A stretch of 64,000 bases of DNA, taken from assembly GCA_041753875.1 (NCBI GenBank), contig CM085480.1, positions 5,671,958 to 5,735,957 on the forward strand, given 5' to 3'. The position numbers and the translations under genes are program-made. Of the stretch, positions 11,646 to 23,121 are shown piece by piece. The DNA comes from Acanthopagrus schlegelii. Taxonomy: Eukaryota. Under the pieces are notes generated by a model. It saw only the letters and a program-made list of their open reading frames with translations, did not search any database and was not told the origin of the DNA. Every line of letters starts with the position of its first letter. Positions within the stretch are counted from its first letter, which is position 1.

Positions 11646-11865
11646 CTACGCATTGGTCATCAGGTTCCAGCCTGCGCCTTTGCCTTTGTCCCTGGTCTCC
11701 AGTGAGCTCCAGCCCTTGCCTCCACGCTCTTGTTTGTTTGGACTCTGACCCTCCTCCAGACCCCCTCCACCCTCCCGGCTTTGACTCTGACCCTCCTCCA
11801 GACCCCCTCCACCCTCCCGGCTTCACTTGGATTTTTGTCTTGAGGGACATCTGGGAGCTGTCCCT

Positions 11866-11876
11866 TAAGGGGGGGG
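11866..11876 (+). promoter_or_regulatory. Polypurine tract (AAGGGGGGGG) just upstream of the 3' LTR
   Basis: The sequence is cccttAAGGGGGGGGctc|TGTCATGAC, the canonical PPT position for plus-strand priming. Confidence 0.5.
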
Positions 11877-11879
11877 CTC

Positions 11880-12559
11880 TGTCATGACTCCTGTTTTGTT
11901 TTGTCTTGTGTCATGTTTTGATTTCTCTATGTCTTGTCTCATGCTTTGATCTCTATGTCTTGTGTCTCATGCTTTGATCTTCCATGCCCTCATGTGTCCT
12001 TTAGTTCTCCCCTCTGGCTCCCTCTGTCTGTTGTCTTGTTCCCTCCTGGTCTGTTCCTCTGTGCTCCTCCCCCTCGTTATCTCACCTGGCTCCCTTCCTC
12101 CTCTCTCTCCTCACCTGTTCCTCGTCATGTCATTAGTGTCTGTGTATTTAGTCTCTGTGTTCCCCTCACTCCTTGTCTGGTCATTGGATTCTGTCTCGTG
12201 TATTCTGTCTTGTGTGATAGTTGTTTCATGTCCACGTTCCATGCTCTTTGTTCCTTGCTCCTTGTTCCATGTTCCATGCTCCATGTTCCTGCCCCGGTTT
12301 GGTATGTTTGGTTTCAAGTTTTTTCATGTTTAAGTTGAACTTTGATTTTTTTGTTTTGTACTTTGTCTCGTTCGTTTTGTTGCTACTTTGCCTAGTTGAT
12401 TTTGTTTTGCTACTTTGTCCCATTGCCTCATCTGTTTTGCATTTCGGCTTTGATTATTAAAAGCTCGCCTTTTGTTCTCTTTATCTTTGACTCCCTTGTA
12501 TAACTGCGTCTGGGTCCACCTTCTCCTTCCATAGTTTTCCCCTTAACCCCAACGTGACA
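11880..12559 (+). repeat. 3' LTR
   Basis: As for the 5' LTR. It starts tgtcatgactcc at 11880 and ends ccccaacgtgaca at 12559. Confidence 0.85.
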
Positions 12560-15500
12560 CACAGACACTGAAGTATATTTTGAATAGACCTACATACACC
12601 ATCCTGCTGCAGTAAGTCATCTGTGTGGCATCAAATGTGTATTAGTCCACATTAAAAACTGCACTCAAAAATGCACAAATGACTCCTGTTAGACTGATGT
12701 CTGCTAAAGGTTACAGAGCCCGTCCATTTTGGGAAATTATTTAACCTTTTGAATAATTGAAAATACATACCAGTTACCTGCATTTTGGAAGAGTCTCTGT
12801 GTTTATAGAGGGCGGCACAAATCAATTATATCATATGAATTTAAAATAAATTAAGCTTTGTGTAAAGTTAGCTTTGAGTAATGATCCCATGAGCTGTTGA
12901 TGGGACACTTCATATCAAACACCGATAATTACACTTCTTCTGTTTATATGGTCATGATTACACTAACCTCCGCAGTTGCAAGAAATTAAACAAGAAAAGA
13001 TAAAAAAGAAAAAAAGAAACTTGCTGCATTACTGAACTACTACTCTCACAGGCAGTGTTGCGGCTACAGCGCAGCTCCTGCCTGCCCTGTCTGTTACCCT
13101 GTCAGGACTGTCAATAAATATGATGACATGAGTTCCCCTTATCCCCATTTAAACAGCTAGAAGTTGGAGGACTGTTAAGAAATAAAAAGAGAGCGCACAG
13201 GAGAAAATAAACTGGCCTTCACCTCATGTGTGTATTCTCTTCGTGTGTGATATATTCTACACAAACAGTTTTCAGGTCTATTTTTGAGAACCACACGCGT
13301 CACGGTAAAAATAGGCACAATTCCAAATCTTTAGAACAAGTGCCTCGCTTGACTTGACACCTGTGTGAAAAGCATGCATGCAGTGGGCCTTCTCTCAAGT
13401 GTTAACATGGACGCAGAAATGAAAAGGGGGGCATTCTGCCGAGCAGACATTGCTCATGCAGCCAGTGTGTCTAGCCCGTAACTCTACAATAAAGTAACCT
13501 AGTTCACCTACTTCTTCCTAATTCACATTCTTTTTTCATGACAGCACCCCCAGCAGGGTTGGTATTGTAGTGATTAGACTTACTGTGTTGCATCCCCCAA
13601 TTTCACAAGACCGTCTCAGGAATGAACAGAAACCTTGCTGTGTTCACCACCACTGACTGACTGGACCACTGAACAGTGCTCCCGCCAACTCTGCACAGTG
13701 GACAAAAAAGGAAAGAAACTGAAATCCACCAGCTGTACACCATCTACGAAACACCTCCGACCCTGTGATTTTCTCATTGGCAGACAGAGGCTTCCACCCT
13801 GACACTGCTCGGATATCAGCAGACCAGAAACCTGTGATTCTCGACACAAGGGTTTCACTTGTTAAGCTACTGAACGAGGATTGTTCAAGGTACAATGGAC
13901 AAAACATAACATTCTGCAAAAATGAATCAACAACAGGCTACAAATCTTGTCTAATTTGGAACGCTTCAAACACCTGATAGCTTATAACAGAGATGGAACT
14001 TCATCATGGCTTCATCATGAGGACCCAGTCAATCAGGAGATGTTAAACATTACAGTTCTTATTTTTCCAACAATGAACTGAAAACAGTTGCTCACTCACA
14101 GAAGAAAAGCCGAATTCTCCCTTGATAATTTATACCTTGACAGAGAGTTCTTTTGTGACAATGAGCTCACCACCTGCTTATCTATTCCAATCTGCTAAAA
14201 GGAAGAAGAAAAAAAATATGCAGTTATTCAAATGCTCCTCAAGGACATTCTGGGACCATTACATAAACTCTCTTTGACCATTTGTCTATATAGTTAGTCT
14301 GTATAGTAGATGCACTCTTGTCATTTTCAGTGCACACATGATTTTGCATACATCCTGAAAGTATTCCCATCTCCTCTCCCCCTCTCGCTCTCACTCACGC
14401 ATAAACCAACACACCCATGGATATTCACACACCCGGGTGTCTATTTCCATCGCCTCTTCACTCGATGCCCTGTGCAGATAGCGTCACAGGTACACCAACT
14501 ATGCATGCATATGCAGAATCCAAAGGACTTTAATATTGAACATGTCAGTGAATTCCTGAGCATTACAAACAGATCATATCTAACAGAGGAGGAACAACAC
14601 AGTTACTCCATGTGGAACTTTTCAACACCTGCTCAACCTTTAACTGACGGCTTCCCTGCTGAGTTCTGCAAACATTTGGGCTCATGGATATCCTTTGTGC
14701 TCAGCAGAGTTGCACTGAAACTCTACCTCCAGTCTTCCTCTAATAATGAAAATATTGCTCTTAATTCCTCATTAAAGATATAATGACCTAATTATAAGAC
14801 GCTCAATGTCACAATTTGTATTTGGTGACCAGACTGTGACATGATGAGAAAAAATACACCTACACCATCTCTCTCTGTTGGTCTCTGGGTTTCCCTCATG
14901 GGCCTTTACTTCAGAAAAACTTTCAATGTTAGTTTGAAAGACTGAAAATGTGTGATTATAAAGACTACACAGCCAACAGTCACATTAGTGACATTCAAAT
15001 GAGGCTGTCAGGCATTTTGCTTTCAAAAGCCAATGGCAATGTTGAAACATAGCATACATAATGCACAATGTATGCTTTACCTACCAACAAATAGGCCTAA
15101 ATTACATGTGCTTTATCTCCCAAACACCAATCTGTACACTATAGAACATGGGCGGGTGGTGCTTTGCTTCTATATCACTGTTCAGGTTCCAGACTATGTG
15201 TATTATATTTGTATAATATATTTCACAGAACTGGGAATTACAAGCCCACTATAAATGTATGATTTATCTGAAGGTCATTGTCCTTCACAGAGTTTGCAGA
15301 AGAAACAACCTGTTTGAACCATTGCAAATGTATCCACTTTAATGATGAACAGAACATAACAACAGAGTCTCATGCCCAGCTCGTCAAATACTGTTCAGGG
15401 CCCCTTGTATGTTTCAACAGTCATCAATGTATAGCACTCCAGCCATACCTTCAGTCTGGTATTGACTCTGAAATAACAGAAAAAACATCAAGATTTATAT

Positions 15501-15605
15501 GTGCTGTTCTTTATATCTTTATAACATTATGTCTCTATGTCCCATTTATTATTTTCTTGTTAAACCAGCTCAGTTAGGAGAACCAAAGACACTTTGCCCA
15601 CTAAG

Positions 15606-15607
<2 letters not shown>

Positions 15608-15645
<38 letters not shown>

Positions 15646-15649
15646 GTAC
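15608..15649. repeat. Poly(T) run, about 40 nt
   Basis: Direct read. Confidence 0.95.
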
Positions 15650-16260
15650 GTACGTTTAAAAAGTAAATAAGACCTCATGTTGTGTCCGTCATGTTAAAAT
15701 CTAAATTTGTGCTTTAATGAAGCAGTACTTAGCCTTCTGGAATTTGACGTGTGAATGACAAGTTCTCATGCTGCAAGTAGGACATTTAATATGAAAATTC
15801 AGCTGAAACCGGTAAGTTGTTGAGTAATGAAAATGATTACGTCTTTGTAAATGCACATAGAATAATATTGTTTTTGTCTTTTCAGATGGTCTTACAGTCC
15901 CTTGCATGGCTCCAATCAAAACACAAAGTATGACAGTGACACAATCAACCTCATCTCGGGGTTTTTCAAGCCTTTGTTGAAGGGGGCACATGTTTTTTAA
16001 GCAGTTCAAATGTCTAGCATAAAGACCAAACAAATTAAATAAACTTTATATATTGTTTTTATGTTTATTGTTTTATTTTCTTTATGTTAGATCGAGCATC
16101 TTAAAAGGGTTTTGCAGCAGCTTTTGAAGTTATGGGTCAGCTTGGAGGCGCCATCCAAAACCCTCAAACTAGACCAAACCACAACAGCAGTCATTTAACC
16201 CTAAATGCAGACCCTCTTCATTCAGCTTGGAAAATTAGGCAGCAAGGCTGATACAATGGC

Positions 16261-17332
16261 CTATATCACAATAATTAATTGGTCCATTAGGGGGAACAGG
16301 AACCCATTAGCCTCCTTCTTCTGGAACCTAATGTAGCGCTTGTAGGCAAAGGATGAACAGCAACCATGGGATTTCAATGTGGAGGTAGGTAGGTGGAGAA
16401 CTGCAGATATATCTGCTTCGATTCTGAGGGAGTGATGGGGTAGCGTCCAGGGGCCGACTGTAGTTCTTCTCAGAACCAGGATCTCATCATGGGGTTGGAA
16501 CAATAAAGGAAACACATTGGGGCCGATCCATGGGATGGGGGACGGTGATACAGGAATTTGGTCATGGATAAAAAAACAACAAAAGGTTGAGTTAGTTTTT
16601 GCAATGATAATTTGAGTGCCTTGGCAAGATCTGTAAGTGTTCTAAGTTAAATCAGAGAGGGTGAGATTGTGCAGGGGATTGAAGGAGACAGATCTGGTTA
16701 TATGTTCACTGCACCTGAGAAAACCATTGAAAGCCATTAGCAAAACTGTTTCTAACATGGAATCAATACATGGTGAACAATACCCTTGTCCTATCCTTGA
16801 CACCAAATTGTGCACCGGTAAAATAGTGAGAGGCATTCTTTTATCATTGCCTGAAGGACCTGCCTTTTCAAGGCCACTGAGGAGCAGCTCAATGGAAGGA
16901 TTCCCAAGAAAGCCCTGGGATGCTGGGTCTTGGTATCCAATGTGAAATTGGATCCCTGCCAGCATGGCTTCGAAACTGCATTTGAATATGATGTGATTCA
17001 AATGAGAATACAATAAATGCACACATTACAGAAATATCTACTAGTAGAGGACTAAAGGGGAGGCTGGCACAAAAAGAAGAGTACAAAACCAAGCTGAATC
17101 ATGGGCTTTACTGATGCTTTTGGATAAACCCAGTCACATGTACTTTGAGGTAGGGCACAGAAGATCCAGCAGGGGGTTGGACATAATTGAGAGTCATCTG
17201 ATTGAGTGGAGGGCCTGGCAGGCTGGAGGGCTTGACCCGAGGGGGGCACATAGTTTTGAACTCCTGAAATGTAAAGTGAGAGAGAGCGTCAGCTACGTGG
17301 TTTACATGACTGGAAATGAACAAAGCGCGCAA
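16261..17332 (-). pseudogene. DIRS/Ngaro-like retroelement pol 3' fragment: the end of an RNase H domain followed by a tyrosine recombinase (YR). It is degraded and split across at least 3 ORFs.
   Basis: The minus ORF 17108-17332 contains ..HVNHVADALSHF.., the N-x-x-ADALSR motif that ends RNase H in Ty3/gypsy, BEL and DIRS pol. The minus ORF 16642-17022 has a YR N-terminal SAM-like pattern: MLAGIQFHIGYQDP...IELLLSGLEKAGPSGNDKRMPLTILPVHNLVSRI. DIRS YRs read ..YLAGIRHWQIERGYPDP...RGVRR...RLPIT..IL. The minus ORF 16261-16515 has HSLRIEADISAVLHLPTSTLKSHGCCSSFAYKRYIRF, close to the YR catalytic consensus HSxRIGAAT...GRWxSxAYxxYIR. The order RH then YR is the DIRS/Ngaro arrangement. Confidence 0.55.
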
Positions 17333-17949
17333 GATGTTTAGAACCTATGACCAAGTTAAACTTCATCGAACCCTCATCTGCATGGCACGTGTGAGTAGCT
17401 GTGTTGGGGATAATGCTGAGTTTCCTCATATGCAGGTGACTGGTGTCTGTAGATGTATAATTTTACAGATAATGCCCCTGGTGTCCAAATAAAGTAAATT
17501 GCATTTCCTAATGGATGGATAAAAACTACCCGTGTAGCCATGGGTGAAAAGCTAATTCTGTCTGTTCTATGCCACCCCCTCATGTGGAACATTAGGTTGG
17601 AGCACTACAGTGACGAGACCAGTACCAATAATGTTAGCTAGTTAGCAGCCTGTTAGCTAAGTTAGCCTACTTTCTCTATCGCTCTGAAACCCGCCACAAA
17701 ACTAACTTTTTTGAGAGTACTCAAGGCAAATTCCAGACCAAAATATTAAAGAGGGGAGGGGTTTAACTGGCACATTGGATATCTTGGAGATTCCCATAGG
17801 AATAACCGGGTTTCCCCGTTAAAGATTTTATTTTTAAGTATCATCCCGATTGTTATTGATCAGGATGATGATGATGATGAGCAGCAGCGCTCCTAATATC
17901 AGTGCAGTGTTGAGTTGTTAATGGGACAGATGATCGTGACCAGTGATAG

Positions 17950-18750
17950 GAATAACGGCATTAAAATAAACAGCGTTATTTTTTTTCAGTAACGGGTAAT
18001 CTATAACTAATTACTATTCCCATCATTACAACGCCATTATCGTTACCGGCAATTAAATGTGGCACGTTATAAACTGAAGCTGTCGTCATCCAACTTGGCT
18101 CTCAGCTGCAGGAGCTGCAAAGTTGATTTTTCCCTTTGGTGAGGAAGGAGGGAGGGGCAAGACAACTGCATAAGTGATGACAATTGGCTAAGGTAGAAAT
18201 TAGTAAGAGCTCGTAAGCCAATCCGAAGCAGTGATCAGTTTACACATAAACCACACGCGCACACAGCAGCCTCACACACACAAACTAAGAGAGGTAAGCT
18301 GCAGCAATGGTGAGTCCAGAGGAAAAGTTGCTGTTTTCAAAGTGGAAGTACAGACACTACTTTAATCTCCTTCAGGTAAAGGCAAGAACGTACATCTGAA
18401 GTGTACATTATGTCCCAGAGCGGAGTGTTTGTCCATGTCTGTTGTAAGCAACTCTAATCTAATGAAGCATCTCTCAGTCAATCTACAAAACTAGTGGCCA
18501 AAAACACCTTTGTTGACACAGCTGATGATGATGACAGCAGGCCAGGTGTTTCTAACGTGAGCTCTGCTAACAAAGGACACGGAGCTGTCCAAGCAGCTAC
18601 AGCTGGATGTTTCTGCTCCAGCTTCACAAAAACTTGTGACACAGACTGAACTGAATGCAATGATACACATGCTCCTGTTATCAACAGTTGACTCAGACTA
18701 CTTTATAAAAGTAACTTGCCCAACACTGATTGTGACACGGCAGGGCAGAA
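17950..18750 (+). mobile_element. hAT-superfamily DNA transposon remnant, copy 1. It has a 5' terminal region with aacggcRtt subterminal repeats and a transposase N-terminus with a BED zinc finger.
   Basis: About 150 bp at 17950-18120 match the 22551-22700 terminal region. The internal ORF fits the hAT BED-finger consensus. Confidence 0.55.
18307..18480 (+). pseudogene. hAT transposase N-terminus with BED-type zinc finger (frameshifted)
   Basis: MVSPEEKLLFSKWKY.. then (+1 frame) GKGKNVHLKCTLCPRAECLSMSVVSNSNLMKHLS matches the hAT BED pattern ..SxVWKYF...KAKCKLC....S...STSNLxKHL. Confidence 0.55.
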
Positions 18751-20639
18751 GGTCCAGCAGCAGAGGACCACATCCCTATCCCTCAGTGAAACACACAGGG
18801 ATACACTGTTGGCTAAATACACTGTTATTACTTTAGAGAGCCATTACATGCGCCACAGGCAAGGACGTTTAACTATATCTGGACACAGCCATGGAAACTG
18901 AGCCCCGTTCATTCCTATGAAAGCTGTTCTCTGTTCATTGGAATGAATGAAGCCAAAATGATGCTCGATAGAAATACCCAGATCTTCCATGTTGTAGGGC
19001 CCATTGAGAGTGCACACGAGAGACTTCAGCTGGCCAAGACCGCAAGCTTCTGGTTTAGCATCCAGCTACCTTGAACTCTAATTATGACAGTTAAACAATT
19101 CATTTTGTGGGGGTTGTGATGCTCACCAAAATGTATCCACTATATTGCAGATGCCTCTTTTGCAATGTTGCTCATGGGACAAAGTCTTCTTGGGGCCCCC
19201 CCTGCATCAGCTGGAGCAGCAGCATCCTCAGCTAGCCTTGTGCAAAGAGTCGAAGGATGTATCTGAGAGAAGATGGCTGCAGGTAATAGGAACACAACTT
19301 GAGGTTCATGTTACAAAAAATGATTAGTGACTACAAAATGAGGGTTTGTCTGATTGTCATATATGGTGCTTGAAACACTGCTTCTTACAGTTTTGTTATG
19401 TTTGGATCACTCTTGCTGGAGCACTGAATGAGGTCCTGGAAATTATTAATTTCGTGAGATTAATGCTAAATATTGACCAACCTGCCTGTGCAGTTACACC
19501 ACTAAAGAGCAGGTTTTGGCAGAGTTAGAGTCCTCCCTTCATTTCTCTGATGTATGTACTATTTGGACATGAGAAATATAAATCATCAAAAATCATCTAG
19601 GCATGGACTGCACTATGTACTTGTGTTTTGTAAGACATTCTATCTTTTTCTGGTCAATACTTTTGTTTTGAAAAGTCAAAAAAATCTATTGATCTATTTA
19701 TTTCTGCGCAAATTAATTGTTGCAAGTTGTTAAATTTGTTATTGAAGGCCAAAATATATTGCCACTACTATGTATTAATTTATATGTATATGTGTATGTA
19801 TGTATGTATTTACCCATACATTTTCCCTCCTCAGTTGCATTGTTGTATTCTTTTGTTACACAGTAAATGCTGAATAAAAATGGAGGTATACATTGATACT
19901 ACCATCTGAGCACAGCTCCTTCTATTGGTCTAACAAAAACAGGTCTGTGTAAGCAGGAATACCAAACAACCACTACAACCCACACTTGAGTACAGCTGAT
20001 ACAAAAGCCTTGGCATAAAGTTGGAATGTTTCATTCCAGTTATTGTCAACCAAACAAAAAGCTTCTCACGTTTTGTCTTTTATTGTAAAAGCTATAAGAA
20101 ACCAGCGGTAAATACAAATGCAGAAACAAAATGTCACCAGTGGACACCAAAAAGCCACTCCTTTTTTTCAGTCTTATTGAATGTCACATATGACCCGTGT
20201 GTCAGAGGAGGATCAACACAAAGGTCAAATGATAATGCATGACGCATGAGCGGTTATTATAATACCATAGCAGCATGATGCTGTGTTCAGATCAGTCGCA
20301 AGGAAAATATTGGCGTTGCGATACTGGTGCAGGTTTCCTCACAGGATTCTCACTTTTTATTCGCATTACAGACACAGCACCCAGCTCAGTAAATTTCACC
20401 GTCTGGAGTCACGTCTGGATGATTGACGTTTCCAGCACTACCTGAGGCTGACCGGTACCCTGTTCTCAGCTGTGGAGTGCCTGTCCATCTGTTTCCAGTG
20501 AGTGGCGGTTTCTTAATACATGTGTTAAAATCAATAAATAGTGACTGTGATCAGCAAGTGGACATAGGCTGAATTCATCTGTTTTACCACATTAGTTAAA
20601 CACAAATGCAGAGGTTTCTCTGAGATGTGAAGGGAATGA

Positions 20640-21600
20640 AGGGATCAGAGGGATGCCAAAATAACAACATTATAATGCCGTCGCGTAAAAAGTCTGAAGT
20701 CACGCACCTTCAGGTCTGTCAGCCGGATGACAAGAAAATAACTTTTAAAATGCTTGTTCCATGAATGGAGTTCGATGAATCAGGGCTATGCTGTGCTGAA
20801 GTATTCCGAAACTTAAGAGGAAGTCTGACTTCCTCCCAAGTAGATGTGTTATCGTACAGCTCTGGGGGTCCACAAACAGCTGCGATCAGTGATTATTCTC
20901 CCCTCGTCCATAGCTGCTCATGAATGTCTGGATATCAGCGACATTAACGTCAGTGTGAATGGCAACGCTGACAGGCTTTCGCATCACACTGTCCCGTGAA
21001 AAACTTGGCTGAGTTCACTATTTTCAACTCATGCATCCACTGCGCCGCCAGTCACATGTAGAGTGCATCTATTCACGTCTTCATTGAGTTTGTATGTAAT
21101 CTAGAAGCACAAATAACACATTTCGCATTTGGTCTGAACCGAAAATATCATTGCCATCAATGCTACGCACCGCTTTTGTAGATTGAGTCAAGCCTCAATT
21201 GGATCAATGTAAAGGGATCAGTTTCAGTTTCAGCGTTCTGCCTTGTGCTCATTTAAATTATATTTCATCAGGTAGAGCTGCCAAAAAACGTTCCGCCACG
21301 TGAACACACGTAAGGCTTCTTTCTGCTTCTCCACTGCTCTGGCTTTGTAGTGTCGTGTACACAATTTGCATGTTGTGCACGTGCAGTCGGAAGGACATTC
21401 ACTCCCGTGGCAGCACCACAAACTTGTTTAAACACATAAAAAATAAAAACAGGAGAAAGAGATCACAGAGCTGCAGCAGAGTAGGAAGGGGAAGGAGAGA
21501 AAAGCCTCATCAGCATCCAGACCCCCGACACTCAGACAGAGGTCACCGCCAGAGTCTTTTCAGAGAGGCAAGGAATATCCAGGTAAATACAGTGAAATAA
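20640..21600 (+). mobile_element. Dispersed repeat family B, copy 1 (second copy at 32990-33400). It is probably the 5' region of a DNA transposon and ends in a BED-like Cys/His motif exon with a GTAAAT donor at about 21583.
   Basis: About 250 bp match the second copy (aaaatgcttgttccatgaatggagtt...tgttatcgtacagctctgggggtccacaaa...). The ORF 21355-21600 contains CMLCTCSRKDIHSRGSTTNLFKHIK, a degenerate BED-like finger. Confidence 0.35.
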
Positions 21601-21701
21601 ATGAGCTAGTCAAACAGTTTAACACATCCAAATATTATATTAAGTCCATTGGAATATGCGATCTAAATGACAGCTGTAGAGCTTCACAAGAGGGCAGTCA
21701 C

Positions 21702-22370
21702 TTGGTCAGATTCTCTGATGACATCGCTCTGCTGTCTCTGCTTCACGATCCACAGCTGGATCATGGCTTGGCTCTAAATGATTTTATCAAATGGTGCGAT
21801 GACAACTTCTTGGATCTTAATGTAAGGCAAACAAAGGAGTTGATCACTGATTTTAGAAATAACAGTGCAGAGCCTAAAAACAGCCAGATACACGGTGAAC
21901 CAGTTGGAATTGTGGAAACCTATAAACATTTAGGAACCATATTTGACTCCCATCTTAAATTTGACAAAAACACAGAGTCACTTGTCAAACGGGGACAACA
22001 AAGAATCCACCTGATGCGGAAACTAAACTCTTTTAGTGTCTCTAAAACCTTTTTATGTTCCTTTTATCATTCTTTTATTGAGAGTCTTTAAACGTTCTGT
22101 TTTATTTGTTGGTTCAATGGTCTGTCAGTCTCAATGCGATCGTTAGAATCTGCTCCAAAATGATTGGAGTCCAGTTAACAGATCTGAGTGTGCTCCAGAA
22201 AGCAAAATGCATCCTGAAACAGGGAGACCATGTCATGTCCAGTGAATTTACTCTGATGCCCTCATTGTGACGCTACTCTGCCACCCTGAGGAAGACAAAT
22301 CGCCACTCAAATTCTTTTATCCCTTCAGTTATTAGGTTGATGAATGCCAATTTTAATGAGTAGGGTTGTG
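21702..22370 (+). mobile_element. L2/CR1-clade LINE, 3' end of ORF2 (RT C-terminal region and tail)
   Basis: The ORF reads FSDDIALLSLL...DFIKWCDDNFLDLNVRQTKELITDFR...YKHLGTIFDSHLKFDKNTESLVKRGQQRIHLMRKLNSFSVSKTFLCSFYHSFIESL. A continuing frame gives ...IVRICSKMIGVQLTDLSVLQKAKCILKQGDHVMSSEFTLMPS..RYSATLRKTNRHSNSFIPSVIRLMN. This is the highly characteristic fish L2 ORF2 C-terminus (FADDTALL..KTKEMIIDFR..KKAQQRLYFLRKL..SFFPSAIRLLN). Confidence 0.7.
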
Positions 22371-22550
22371 CTTGTTGTTATCTATTTATTTACTTGCATA
22401 CTTGCACGGGTACATGACATCGCTGTTTGGAACCATGAGCTGAACTGATTTACTGAAAACTGAGAGTTGAGTGTCAGAGTTGTATATCTAATGAATGATT
22501 GTTTTATATGTTGTGTTTTTTCTGTTCTAAACTTAGTTGAACTGGGAGCT

Positions 22551-23121
22551 GTAAACTGAATAACAGCATTGCTAACGGCGTTACTTATTTTCAATAACGG
22601 GTAATCTAACTAATTACTATTTCCATCGTTACACTGTTACAATTACCAACAATTAAATGTGGTGCGTTATAAACTGAAGCTACTCATTGAAGCTGTTGTC
22701 ATTCGACTTGTCTCTCAGCCACCAGAGGGAGAAGGGGCGGGCGGGACAACCACATAACTTAACGCAATAGTTACTTTCTCTGGTAACTAGTTACTTGTAT
22801 AGTTGAGTAATTCAGTTACTAACTCAGTTACTTGTTGGTAAAAGCAACTAGTAACTATATCTAATTACTTTTTAAAAGTAACTTGCCCAGTACTGATCAT
22901 AGGCTATAGACTTAATTATATTGGTGTTTAACCTAGGCAATTCCCCAAGAGCTCTGGATATTATGAGAAGCCTTGCAGAATTTTTTGTAAAGGATCTTCA
23001 GCCTCTCTCAGTAGTTGAAGATGACGGCTTTAGGAATTTTGTGAAGACCCTTGAGCCACGCCACAAGATTCTGAGTAGGAAAAGTTTAATGAAAGGGAAA
23101 GTAGAGGAGATGTGTGGATAA
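22551..23121 (+). mobile_element. hAT-superfamily remnant, copy 2. It has the same terminal region as copy 1 fused to a transposase fragment and is internally deleted.
   Basis: The terminal 150 bp align to 17950-18120. The aaaagtaacttgcccagtactg block matches 18706-18727. Confidence 0.55.
22921..23121 (+). pseudogene. hAT transposase fragment (region following the BED finger)
   Basis: ..FVKDLQPLSVVEDDGFRNFVKTLEPRHKILSRKSL.. matches the conserved hAT block DxxPFSxVEDxGFRxLLxxLxPRYxIPSRKTL. Confidence 0.6.

Larger units (their letters stand above)
9148..12559 (+). mobile_element. Complete non-autonomous LTR retroelement (LARD/TRIM-like), about 3.4 kb. It consists of a 5' LTR, an internal region of about 2.07 kb made of minisatellite arrays with no recognisable gag/pol, a polypurine tract and a 3' LTR.
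   Basis: Two direct repeats of about 660-680 bp begin TGTCATGAC and end GTGACA/CTGACA (TG..CA termini). They are flanked by the identical 5-mer CACAG. An AAGGGGGGGG tract sits 3 bp upstream of the 3' LTR. No RT, integrase or protease-like ORF lies between them. Confidence 0.8.

Noticed and set aside
10026-11705. 559-aa plus-strand ORF and overlapping ORFs of 166-262 aa on both strands
   Set aside because: They lie entirely within tandem arrays whose periods are multiples of 3 and are open in several frames on both strands at once. The translations are low-complexity Pro/Ser/Arg/Ala repeats. They were not called as a protein-coding gene.
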